Assembly (NCBI GenBank): GCA_028691765.1
Contig: JAQUYS010000001.1
Coordinates: forward strand, 1-55,588
From: Candidatus Nanoarchaeia archaeon
Lineage (GTDB): Archaea > Nanobdellota > Nanobdellia > Woesearchaeales > SKGA01
Length of the DNA: 55,588 nucleotides
Direction: 5' to 3'
Part shown: positions 1 through 8,178 of the stretch, one piece after another
Layout: each line of letters begins with the position of its first letter
Numbering within the stretch: position 1 is the stretch's first letter
Translations under genes and position numbers: made by a program
Notes under the pieces: generated by a model
The model's input: the letters and a program-made list of their open reading frames with translations, nothing else
Database searches by the model: none
What the model was told of the DNA's origin: nothing

Positions 1-118
1 TCTATCATTTGTGGTCATCTCTATTAACCTAACTATATCTCCTTGAAGAATTATGTTATATCCATCAGGATCTATGTTTGCCATGGACATTAAATCCAAA
101 ATTTGGGTACGTGTTTTT
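1..118. repeat. 118-bp exact direct repeat, copy 1 (identical to 395..512)
   Basis: Base-by-base reading: 1..118 equals 395..512 (tctatcatttgtggtcatctctattaacc...gggtacgtgttttt). The match breaks at 119 versus 513. Confidence 0.9.
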
Positions 119-871
119 GGAAATATCTTCTTCTATTGCAGAAATTTGAGTATTGTGGATTTTTTCATTGTTAACTAATAATGTTTTTTTGTTACGTTTT
201 TTTCGTTCTTCTAACTCTTTAAATTTTAAGGCTTGGTCTCGATCTTTTTTTAATTCTTTTAAGTATGCTTCTCTTTCTACAAGAATGATGTCTGCTTCAT
301 TTATTTTAGTATCAACTCGTTCTAATTCTCTCAAAGCTTTATTTTTTTTATCTTCATAAACATTTATTCCCGCAATTTCTTCAACAATTTGTCGTCTATC
401 ATTTGTGGTCATCTCTATTAACCTAACTATATCTCCTTGAAGAATTATGTTATATCCATCAGGATCTATGTTTGCCATGGACATTAAATCCAAAATTTGG
501 GTACGTGTTTTTACAACATCATTTATTTTATATATTCCTTGTCCAGTAGAACGGATGATACGAGTTAATTTTATTTCTTGTTCAGGATAAAGATCAAATT
601 CTTTTTTAGAGTTATCAAACCAAATAGAAACTTCTCCTTCTTTGGATGGTTTTTTAGTTTTTCCACCATTATAAATTAAATTACTTGATTTTTCAACTCT
701 GAGTCCTTTTGCTCCCGCTTTACCTAAAACAAAACAAAGAGCATCCAATATGTTGCTTTTTCCTGATCCATTTGGTCCTAAAACACAATTAAACTTCTCA
801 CCAAAAACAATTTCTGTTCTATTTGCAAAGGATTTGAAACCTTTCATTTCCATTCTAAGAATTCTCGTCAA
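65..871 (-). CDS. smc: Chromosome segregation protein SMC, N-terminal head fragment (268 aa; truncated where the frame runs into repeat copy 1..118 out of frame)
   Basis: MTRILRMEMKGFKSFANRTEIVFGEKFNCVLGPNGSGKSNILDAL is an SMC head with Walker A GPNGSGKS, followed by the start of a coiled coil. TTG start with GAGGT about 8 nt upstream. A full-length SMC would exceed 1000 aa. Confidence 0.8.
   Translation of the reverse strand: MTRILRMEMKGFKSFANRTEIVFGEKFNCVLGPNGSGKSNILDALCFVLGKAGAKGLRVEKSSNLIYNGGKTKKPSKEGEVSIWFDNSKKEFDLYPEQEIKLTRIIRSTGQGIYKINDVVKTRTQILDLMSMANIDPDGYNIILQGDIVRLIEMTTNDRRQIVEEIAGINVYEDKKNKALRELERVDTKINEADIILVEREAYLKELKKDRDQALKFKELEERKKRNKKTLLVNNEKIHNTQISAIEEDISKNTYPNFGFNVHGKHRS
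395..512. repeat. 118-bp exact direct repeat, copy 2 (in-frame part of the smc head domain)
   Basis: Identical to 1..118. Here it encodes KTRTQILDLMSMANIDPDGYNIILQGDIVRLIEMTTNDR in the smc frame. Confidence 0.9.
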
Positions 872-908
872 TTTAGGACCTCACACTCCTAAAAAAGACC
901 TTAAACGA

Positions 909-916
909 TTTATAAA
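909..916 (-). promoter_or_regulatory. TATA box (TTTATAAA) upstream of smc
   Basis: TTTATAAA lies about 41 nt upstream of the TTG start. This leaves room for a short 5' UTR carrying the GAGGT SD. Confidence 0.4.
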
Positions 917-982
917 GGTTTCGACATAAATCATTAAAATAGTTCAAATAATTAAGAAAGGATTTAATCATTTAAAAACTAA

Positions 983-1867
983 TTAGAAATATCCATCATC
1001 TTTTTTTTCTTTAACTTCTTTTTCTTTAAATGCATTTTGAACATTTTTAAAACTAATTTTACAAAATTCTTTAGGATTCAATTTCAATTCACGAATTTTT
1101 TTTAAAGCTTCAGATACATGTGTCGAACCCATGGGCAATTTAAATCCCGCACGTTCAGATAATGTTTCAAATTGTTCGAGTGCTTTTGCTCTTGCTAAAA
1201 TTGAGGCTGTCGCAACGGCAATATATTTTTTTTCTGCGCCAACTACAGCCACATCTCCTGAATTGCATCCTGGGAATTTATCAACAACATGAACTACGTT
1301 CGGAAATTTTCGTTTTAGAATGTTACCTAAATATGTGTGGGCATCATTTAAAACAGAAGTTAATGTATTTATAGATAAAATATCATTATAATCTTTAGGA
1401 AATAATTCATATATTTGACATTGAGAAGGAAATTCTTCAAGCACTCTTTGAGAGATAAAACTAATTTTTTCATCAGTTAATTCTTTACTATCTTTAACTC
1501 CTAGTTTTTGAAGAAATGCCACATCTTCTTCTTTACAATAAAACGCACCTAAAACTAGTCCTCCGAAAGTGTCTCCTTTTAAAACTTCATCACTACCAAT
1601 TACATTTTGTTTTAATGCCCCTTCTTCTTTATGTGGAAATGCTTCTCGTTCCAAATCTAAAAATTTTGAAAATTCTTTTTCAATTTTTGATTGATCATCT
1701 CCTTTGGCTTGAACAACTAATTTTCCTGAAGAATATAAAATAATTGTAGAATCATTTTTTTTCAATCTTAATAATTCGTAATGACTTTTTGTGGAAGTTT
1801 TAACATAACCAAGATTTTTCAAATGATCTAAATCTGAAATTTTTACTGAAGTATATACTAGCGTCAT
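983..1867 (-). CDS. rnhC: Ribonuclease HIII-like protein
   Basis: N-terminal RNase HIII-type domain (ILYSSGKLVVQAKG). Catalytic-region motifs in canonical order: IGSDEVLKGDTFGGLV, GVKDSKELTDEKI, VVDKFPG, AEKKYIAVATASILARA, KLPMGSTHVSE. Confidence 0.7.
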   Translation of the reverse strand: MTLVYTSVKISDLDHLKNLGYVKTSTKSHYELLRLKKNDSTIILYSSGKLVVQAKGDDQSKIEKEFSKFLDLEREAFPHKEEGALKQNVIGSDEVLKGDTFGGLVLGAFYCKEEDVAFLQKLGVKDSKELTDEKISFISQRVLEEFPSQCQIYELFPKDYNDILSINTLTSVLNDAHTYLGNILKRKFPNVVHVVDKFPGCNSGDVAVVGAEKKYIAVATASILARAKALEQFETLSERAGFKLPMGSTHVSEALKKIRELKLNPKEFCKISFKNVQNAFKEKEVKEKKDDGYF

Positions 1868-1869
1868 AT

Positions 1870-2568
1870 TTAACCCTTGAAAAAATTCACGCCAAAATTA
1901 ATTAAATCAACAAATCCTAATTTAACGTATCCTAAGTAAGGAATTTTGAAAAAACTTTTACCAATTATGTTTTCAGAATAGATGTTTGATTCATCGAGAT
2001 ATCCTCGAACATAAATTGGTTTAACATTGTGATCTCCTTTAGTTACAAAAACTTTTTCTCCATTTTCGTCTTTTATTTGTATTATTCTATGAATTATAGG
2101 ATAAGAATTTAGAGTTTGTGAATTAAATACAATTATGTCTCCCACATTTAATTCATTGATTTTTGCTCTATTTAAAACAATTATGTCTCCTCTTTGAAAA
2201 CCATGTTTGAGTGGAAAACTTAAAAATGTAGCTTTAGATATGTTGTAATTGTTATAAAATTCAGATTGCATGCATTCGTCTTCATCACATAATGCCGGTG
2301 ATCTCCACCATTCATTAAAATCTCCTAAATGATCCATGCTTTCAGATATTACTGCAACTACAGGTAATTCTGTGCCTAAAACCAATCCTAATCCAGGATA
2401 TAATAAAAATTTTATGATGACAAATGCTAAAAGAATGTTTAAAACCCAACTACCTATTGAATCATCATGCCAAATATAATTCCAAGTCTTTTGTATTGCT
2501 CGCTTTATTTTCCAATCTGAGCCATATATCTCCACATTTTGTTTAGAAGGGGCTTTGGATTCAATCAT
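1870..2568 (-). CDS. Signal peptidase I, archaeal/ER Sec11 type (S26B)
   Basis: N-terminal TM segment, then SESM (catalytic Ser box), GDIIVL/GDIIVF, IIHRII (His box) and TKGDHN motifs. Confidence 0.8.
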   Translation of the reverse strand: MIESKAPSKQNVEIYGSDWKIKRAIQKTWNYIWHDDSIGSWVLNILLAFVIIKFLLYPGLGLVLGTELPVVAVISESMDHLGDFNEWWRSPALCDEDECMQSEFYNNYNISKATFLSFPLKHGFQRGDIIVLNRAKINELNVGDIIVFNSQTLNSYPIIHRIIQIKDENGEKVFVTKGDHNVKPIYVRGYLDESNIYSENIIGKSFFKIPYLGYVKLGFVDLINFGVNFFKG

Positions 2569-2615
2569 AACCCTAAAACAAAAAATATTCCTTAATAAAT
2601 GTATCTATAACTAAT

Positions 2616-2623
2616 CTTTATAA
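2616..2623 (+). promoter_or_regulatory. TATA box for the NMD3-like gene (leaderless spacing)
   Basis: TTTATAAA is centred about 27 nt upstream of the ATG at 2647. Confidence 0.45.
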
Positions 2624-2646
2624 ATGCTTTAACTTTCTTATACTTT

Positions 2647-3657
2647 ATGAGACGTTTTTGTCCCAAATGTGGAAAAACAATTACAGAAGGCACATTTTGT
2701 TTAGATTGTACACCAAACAAGTTTAATTTTACCCCTCCTTTAATTCAAGTTTCTGAATTTAATAGAACTTGGCACAAAGGAGTTTGGCATCAATTTGGAG
2801 ACTTAGAAACACTAATAATCTCAAGAGTTAAAGAAGAACTTAAAATGGATGTGCCTATTATTGTTGAACCTTTTGAATTTGAATTTAAGAAAAAAGAAAA
2901 AATTGAATTAATTTGTAAAGCAAACATTGATGGTAAAGAAGTTGAACTTCCTGTAAAAGTATCTTATAGACAATGTGATATGGGTGAAAAAGCGAAATCA
3001 AAATATTTTGAAGGCATATTACAATTAAGAGGAACTAATTCTAGTGCATTTGAATTCATAGAACATGAATTATCTAAAGTTTCAGGGAAAGGCATATTTA
3101 TTTCAAAAACTGAAGATGTTATTAATGGTGTTGATTTATATCTCACCAATAAAAATTATATAAAATTATTAGCTCAGAAATTACATGATAAATTCGGCGC
3201 GTTAGTGAGTATCAACTCACAATTATTTTCTAAAAATCATTTGACTTCTAAAGATATATATAGGATAAATGCGTTAGTTACATTTCTACAATTTGAACAA
3301 GGAGATGTTATTTTTTTCAATTATGAACCTGCTAAACGAACCAAACCTAAAGAATATTTTGTTTTAGTAAAAAAAATGGGAAAATTAATCACTGGACAAG
3401 ATTTAGAAACAAGTAAACCAGTTTCCTTTGAATCAAAATATCTAAAAGAAGCAAAAAAAATAGAAATAATAAAGACAAAAGTAATTTCTGTAGAACCCAA
3501 AATACAAATTTTAAATCCTAAAACATATCAATCAGAAGAAATTGCGAATTCAATTATAAAAAGTTTAGAAATTGATGATGAAATTTTTGTTGTATTGACT
3601 AAAGTTGGAAATTTTATCGTAGGTTATCCTTTTTCTGAAGATAGTGAAGATTTATAA
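2647..3657 (+). CDS. NMD3 family protein (archaeal 60S export factor homologue)
   Basis: N-terminal Zn-ribbon MRRFCPKCGKTITEGTFCLDC. The size and layout are typical of archaeal NMD3-like proteins. Confidence 0.55.
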   Translation: MRRFCPKCGKTITEGTFCLDCTPNKFNFTPPLIQVSEFNRTWHKGVWHQFGDLETLIISRVKEELKMDVPIIVEPFEFEFKKKEKIELICKANIDGKEVELPVKVSYRQCDMGEKAKSKYFEGILQLRGTNSSAFEFIEHELSKVSGKGIFISKTEDVINGVDLYLTNKNYIKLLAQKLHDKFGALVSINSQLFSKNHLTSKDIYRINALVTFLQFEQGDVIFFNYEPAKRTKPKEYFVLVKKMGKLITGQDLETSKPVSFESKYLKEAKKIEIIKTKVISVEPKIQILNPKTYQSEEIANSIIKSLEIDDEIFVVLTKVGNFIVGYPFSEDSEDL

Positions 3658-3681
3658 ATTCAAATTGAAAACTTTGTTTAT

Positions 3682-4152
3682 ATGGACGAATTAAATTTAA
3701 ACCATGATTTAGATACCAATTCAGAAGAATATGGTGAAAAAAGTAAACAACTATGTGATGGTTGTAGTAAGTGTTGTGAATATTTTGCTTTAGAAATAGA
3801 TACTCCTGAAACCGAAGATGAATTTCAGAACATTCGTTGGTATTTATTACATGAAAAGGTTAAATTATTTATAACTGAAGAAATTGATGAAGATGATGAA
3901 ACTCCTGAAGGAGAAGAAGTCGAAGTTACCGAACATTGGTTTTTACAAATATATAATCCTTGTAAAAAATTAGCTCCTGATGGAAAATGTTCCATTTATT
4001 CTACCCGACCTGAAATTTGTAAGGATCATTCTCACGAAAATTGTGAAAAATATGGTGCGGCTGATGATGAAATCGCCTCTTTTACTGATGCAGAAGCATT
4101 TTGGAAATGGGCAGTTGAAACATATGACTTTATAGATGAAAACCCTCAATAA
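3682..4152 (+). CDS. YkgJ/UPF0153 family cysteine-cluster (Zn/Fe-chelating) protein
   Basis: CDGCSKCCEYF (CxxCxxCC) plus a distal C...CSIYSTRPEICKDH motif. Confidence 0.6.
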   Translation: MDELNLNHDLDTNSEEYGEKSKQLCDGCSKCCEYFALEIDTPETEDEFQNIRWYLLHEKVKLFITEEIDEDDETPEGEEVEVTEHWFLQIYNPCKKLAPDGKCSIYSTRPEICKDHSHENCEKYGAADDEIASFTDAEAFWKWAVETYDFIDENPQ

Positions 4153-4233
4153 AAGAAACATTTAAAAATGAGTGGCATTTATAGAAAGATATCATGATTA
4201 TGACGGGGTTAAACCTGTGAGGAAGGTATAAAA

Positions 4234-4497
4234 ATGGCAGAAGACGAAAAAAAATTCTCAAAACAGCTAATTGGAAAAACAGTTGTATCTAAAACTGGAA
4301 AAAGATTTGGAGAAGTCGGAGATATCATATTTGAAACATCATCTGGTGAATTAATACACATTGTATTAAGAGAACCTACAGTTTATACAAAGAAATTAGA
4401 ACTTGAAAAAACTAAAGAAGGAGAATGTTTAATTCCTTTTAGTGCAGTTATTGCTATGGGCGATTTCTTAGTAGTTGCTGAAGAAGACATCATTTAG
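4234..4497 (+). CDS. PRC-barrel domain protein
   Basis: 87 aa. LIGKTVVSKTGKRFGEVGDIIFETSSGELIHIVL is the typical PRC-barrel core. GAGGAAGGT SD-like sequence upstream. Confidence 0.6.
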   Translation: MAEDEKKFSKQLIGKTVVSKTGKRFGEVGDIIFETSSGELIHIVLREPTVYTKKLELEKTKEGECLIPFSAVIAMGDFLVVAEEDII

Positions 4498-4516
4498 TTT
4501 TATTTATTTTCTATTT
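4483..4516. repeat. 34-bp exact direct repeat, copy 1 (3' end plus stop codon of the PRC-barrel gene)
   Basis: gaagacatcatttagttttatttattttctattt occurs at 4483..4516 and again at 4590..4623. Confidence 0.9.
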
Positions 4517-4589
4517 TTTACTTATTCTATTTTTATGTGTATTCAAACTTTAGTTTGATATACGCGACGTTTCGCCTAGTGTGACTGGC

Positions 4590-4623
4590 GAAGACATCAT
4601 TTAGTTTTATTTATTTTCTATTT
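4590..4623. repeat. 34-bp exact direct repeat, copy 2 (contains the stop and last codons of the convergent histidine phosphatase gene)
   Basis: Identical to 4483..4516. The 73 nt between the copies (4517..4589) include a locally GC-rich stretch, tacgcgacgtttcgcctagtgtgactggc. Confidence 0.9.
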
Positions 4624-5134
4624 CTATTATTTGACAATTATTTACTTTAGTTTGAAATGCTTCTTCGTCACTCAACCCATTAAAATACACCAACATCGCT
4701 CGCATAGTATCAAAATGAGAGACAATTAAAACAGTATTTAATTTTAAACTTAATAATTCGTCAAGAAATACTTTAACTCTTTTTTTAACGTCTTGGAAGG
4801 ATTCTCCTCCAGGCAATTTATCAGTTAGTTTGTTTTTTAACAGGGAATGGAAATAATTTAATGATTTTCCTTCACAACCAGAAACGACATCATTTAATCT
4901 TTCGTCAATGATTTGTATTTGATTGGGTACAATTATTTCTGCAGTTTGCCATGTTCTGAATAATGGTGAAACAAAAACTTTATCAAAATGAACCATTTTA
5001 AGTTTTTGATGGGCTTCTTGAGCTTGTTTTATACCCAATTCCGTTAAAAATACTTTTTGAGTTGGAATTTCATTTAATAATCCTAAAACATTATAGTTGC
5101 TTTGACCATGCCTTACTAAGTAGATTCTCATCAA
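4607..5134 (-). CDS. Histidine phosphatase (phosphoglycerate mutase) family protein
   Basis: N-terminal RIYLVRHGQSNYN (RHG catalytic motif) and a distal SH motif (IVSHFDT). Confidence 0.8.
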   Translation of the reverse strand: MMRIYLVRHGQSNYNVLGLLNEIPTQKVFLTELGIKQAQEAHQKLKMVHFDKVFVSPLFRTWQTAEIIVPNQIQIIDERLNDVVSGCEGKSLNYFHSLLKNKLTDKLPGGESFQDVKKRVKVFLDELLSLKLNTVLIVSHFDTMRAMLVYFNGLSDEEAFQTKVNNCQIIEIENK

Positions 5135-5154
5135 AATAAGTACAAAATGTCGTC

Positions 5155-5162
5155 TTTATATA
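5155..5162 (-). promoter_or_regulatory. TATA box for the histidine phosphatase gene
   Basis: TATATAAA (minus-strand reading) is centred about 25 nt upstream of the ATG at 5134. Confidence 0.4.
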
Positions 5163-5177
5163 GCTTTCTAATAAAAC

Positions 5178-5185
5178 TTATAAAG
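5178..5185 (+). promoter_or_regulatory. TATA box for rfcS (leaderless spacing)
   Basis: TTATAAAG is centred about 28 nt upstream of the ATG at 5209. Confidence 0.45.
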
Positions 5186-5208
5186 CTAAAGTTATTTGTT
5201 TAATCACT

Positions 5209-6168
5209 ATGGATGAAGGCGCAATATGGACTGAAAAATATAGACCTAAAGATTTTTCTTCAGTTAAAGGTCAAAAGCACATAATTGACAAAGTTAAGGC
5301 ATTTGTAAATATGAAAAATATGCCTCATTTATTGTTTGCGGGTCCTGCAGGTATTGGAAAAACAACTTTATCGTTAGTCATAGCCAGACAATTGTTTGGA
5401 GATGAATGGCATCAAAATTTTTTAGAATTAAATGCTTCTGATGAACGAGGTATTGATGTTGTTAGAAACAAAGTTAAGGATTTTGCAAGAACTAGAGCGA
5501 TAGGCGATGTACCTTTTAAAATAATTTATTTAGATGAATGTGATGCGTTAACTAAAGAAGCGCAACAAGCCCTACGTAGAACTATGGAAAATTATACTGC
5601 TACTTGCCGATTTATTCTTTCATGTAATTATTCTTCAAAAATAATCGATCCAATTCAATCAAGATGTTTGGTTTTTAAATTTAAACCCCTATCTAAAGAA
5701 GAAATATTTGCAATCATCGAAGTTATTTCTAAAAATGAAAAATTAGAAATTAGTTCTTCTGCCAAAGATGCTTTATTTGAAGCTTGTGGTGGAGATTGTA
5801 GAAGAGTAGAAAACATATTGCAGAGTGCAGCATCTTTAGATAAAAAAATAGACGAAGAAGTAATCTTTACTTTAGCTTCATTAGCTAGACCTAAAGAGAT
5901 AAAACAATTGCTGGAGATTTGTGTTAAAGGTGATTTTTTAGGGGCTAGAAAAATGTTGTTAGATACAATGTTAGAATATGGTTTAAGTGGAACTGATGTA
6001 ATTGTTCAATTACAAAAAGAAATTTGGAACTTGGATATTGATGACAAGGTTAAACTTCAATTTGTAAAAGATTGTGGTGAAGGAGAGTTTCATTTGATTG
6101 AAGGTGCTGATGAATTTATTCAGTTAGAATCTTTGTTAGCGGGTTTTGTTCTTAATTGTAAAAAATAA
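5209..6168 (+). CDS. rfcS: Replication factor C small subunit
   Basis: WTEKYRPKDFSSVKGQ, Walker A GPAGIGKTT, Walker B YLDECDALT, SRC motif (QSRCLVFKF). Confidence 0.93.
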   Translation: MDEGAIWTEKYRPKDFSSVKGQKHIIDKVKAFVNMKNMPHLLFAGPAGIGKTTLSLVIARQLFGDEWHQNFLELNASDERGIDVVRNKVKDFARTRAIGDVPFKIIYLDECDALTKEAQQALRRTMENYTATCRFILSCNYSSKIIDPIQSRCLVFKFKPLSKEEIFAIIEVISKNEKLEISSSAKDALFEACGGDCRRVENILQSAASLDKKIDEEVIFTLASLARPKEIKQLLEICVKGDFLGARKMLLDTMLEYGLSGTDVIVQLQKEIWNLDIDDKVKLQFVKDCGEGEFHLIEGADEFIQLESLLAGFVLNCKK

Positions 6169-6169
6169 A

Positions 6170-7111
6170 TTAAGCAACTTTTCTTAATAATTCTGAGTAT
6201 GAAGAAGATAAAAATTCATCTATGGGTTTATCTTGAAATTCATTTATTGTCCAATCTTTATTTCGATCAGACTTGTATTTTAAATAATCTATATCTTCAT
6301 ACAATCGGGCGAAATTATTTTTATAATCATTAGATACATTTTGAATTTTATTTTGTAATTTAGAATTATCTACATAAAACCAATTATTTACTGCAGTTGT
6401 TGTTGTGATTAAAACGAATCGTTTTTTCATCCCCGGATTTTTAGAATTTTGTAGTTCTGCAGATAGAAGTATGTTAGGATTATTTCTTAAACGAAATACA
6501 AAAAAAGGTCTTCTAAATCTTAGTGATAAAAGTTTTTCAGCTTCAACAAAAAATAGAAATTGATTGTTTTTAGCGTTTGGATGAAATTTATTCATTAATT
6601 CTCTAGGAATAAAGCCTAATTCCAAATCTCTATTTCCAGTATTAACAGAATATTGTAAAATATTTGTATCATATAATTCAATATCTTTTCCTTCATTTTT
6701 TAATAAGTAATAAAAATCTTTTATAGACATGGTTTTATTTCCTTTTTCATCTAAGAAATAAGTATTATTAGCCCAATTATCCGAATTGAATTCCATCAAT
6801 ATTGTAGTATTGGGATTTTTGAATGTGGGGTTCAGTTGTTCTTTTTCAATATGTTTTTTCTGTACTTTAAAATTAGCAGGAGTTTCATATAATTTTTCAA
6901 AATCATTTACTTTTAAATTAGATACATCTAAATATAATTTTAATTGTCGTGTATGTAATATTTGGAATTCTCTTTGTAAATCAACAATTCCTTGGGCGAA
7001 TCCTGAAGGCCTCTTAGAAAGATTTTGTGCAAATAATAATTTATATAATTCAATTATGGAAACTAAGTCTCCAGAAAACCAGCCCCACTTATTGTTTAAT
7101 TCTAAAGCCAT
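6170..7111 (-). CDS. Hypothetical protein (no recognisable motif)
   Basis: 313-aa ORF that fills the gap between flanking genes. No family recognised by eye. Confidence 0.5.
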   Translation of the reverse strand: MALELNNKWGWFSGDLVSIIELYKLLFAQNLSKRPSGFAQGIVDLQREFQILHTRQLKLYLDVSNLKVNDFEKLYETPANFKVQKKHIEKEQLNPTFKNPNTTILMEFNSDNWANNTYFLDEKGNKTMSIKDFYYLLKNEGKDIELYDTNILQYSVNTGNRDLELGFIPRELMNKFHPNAKNNQFLFFVEAEKLLSLRFRRPFFVFRLRNNPNILLSAELQNSKNPGMKKRFVLITTTTAVNNWFYVDNSKLQNKIQNVSNDYKNNFARLYEDIDYLKYKSDRNKDWTINEFQDKPIDEFLSSSYSELLRKVA

Positions 7112-7143
7112 ACTAAAACAAGAAATCTCTAATATTTAAATCT

Positions 7144-8145
7144 TTACTCTACTTTTAAATCAAAACAAACTCTGTAACTTCTTGGAGCGTGTTGACCACA
7201 AAGAACAAAATTCTCTAAAACAACATCATACCCTAATTCCTTACACAATTTTAATGTTTCTTTTTTTGCTTCTTCAAACTTATCTTCGTCATAAAAACCA
7301 TATAAATGTATAATACATCCTTTTTTTGCACTATTTAAAGCGACATCTAAGAATTGTTCTGCTGTTTTAGGTAAAGGCATAATTATTCGATCAAACTTTA
7401 AATTTAATTTTGGAACAACTTCTCGTACATCACCACAATACAATTGAACATTTTTAATTTTGTTTTTAGCAACATTCTTTAAACCGAATTCATGTCCCAC
7501 AGGATTTATTTCTACACCTACCATTGATTTCGCTAAAGTATTTTTAGATAATACGCAAGGATAAGGTGCTGCTCCTGAAAACATAACTAAAATATCTTCT
7601 CCTTCTTGAACTAATTGAGATATTCTTGTTCTTTCTGTGGATAATCTAACTGAAAAATAAACTTCACTAACATTTACTTCTAAATCAACGCCATTTTCTT
7701 TATATTTTGCAATTTGTGTGTCTTCTCCAGCTAAGTAACTTCTTTCTTGAGTTCTAAATACGCCTTCGTGTATAGATGTTTTTCTCAACACAGTTTTTAT
7801 AGTTGGATTTGACTGCAATAAAACTTGAGCAATTTCTTTTGCTTTGTGATTTAATGATTCTGGAATTTCTAATATTGCTATTGTTCCAATTGTATCGAAT
7901 GCAGTTTTTACTTGTTTTAATTCTTCCTTATTCAATATTTTTTCAAGTGCTTTTTTGAAAGGAAGTATTATTTTTTTATTTCTAGAAATTAATTCTTTTT
8001 GTGAATCTCCATCTTGTAAAACTGGAAAATAAATAAATCCTTTTTCTTTTAAGGGATAATATTTGTCGCTCAAAACATTTTTATCTAAAAGCTCTTTCTT
8101 TTTCTTTTGGGCATCCTTTAATGAAACTTTCAAACATTCAACCAT
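7144..8145 (-). CDS. trm5: tRNA (guanine37-N1)-methyltransferase Trm5/Taw22 (Met-10+ like)
   Basis: SAM-binding core VMFSGAAPYP, VGVEINPVGHEF, CGDVREV and FDRIIMPLP. The size is typical of archaeal Trm5. Confidence 0.72.
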   Translation of the reverse strand: MVECLKVSLKDAQKKKKELLDKNVLSDKYYPLKEKGFIYFPVLQDGDSQKELISRNKKIILPFKKALEKILNKEELKQVKTAFDTIGTIAILEIPESLNHKAKEIAQVLLQSNPTIKTVLRKTSIHEGVFRTQERSYLAGEDTQIAKYKENGVDLEVNVSEVYFSVRLSTERTRISQLVQEGEDILVMFSGAAPYPCVLSKNTLAKSMVGVEINPVGHEFGLKNVAKNKIKNVQLYCGDVREVVPKLNLKFDRIIMPLPKTAEQFLDVALNSAKKGCIIHLYGFYDEDKFEEAKKETLKLCKELGYDVVLENFVLCGQHAPRSYRVCFDLKVE

Positions 8146-8178
8146 TTTTAAATGAAACTTAGAAGAGTATATAAATTT

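Noticed and set aside
153-359. Plus-strand 68-aa ORF inside smc, and many similar antisense track ORFs (e.g. 1162..1374, 1516..1743, 2964..3149, 6786..7139, 10228..10485, 12449..12796, 12953..13447, 28397..28729, 32736..33221, 49585..49810, 54177..54437)
   Set aside because: All lie entirely within, and antisense to or out of frame with, longer ORFs that have recognisable motifs. Their low-complexity Leu/Phe/Ile/Ser-rich translations are typical shadow ORFs of AT-rich DNA.
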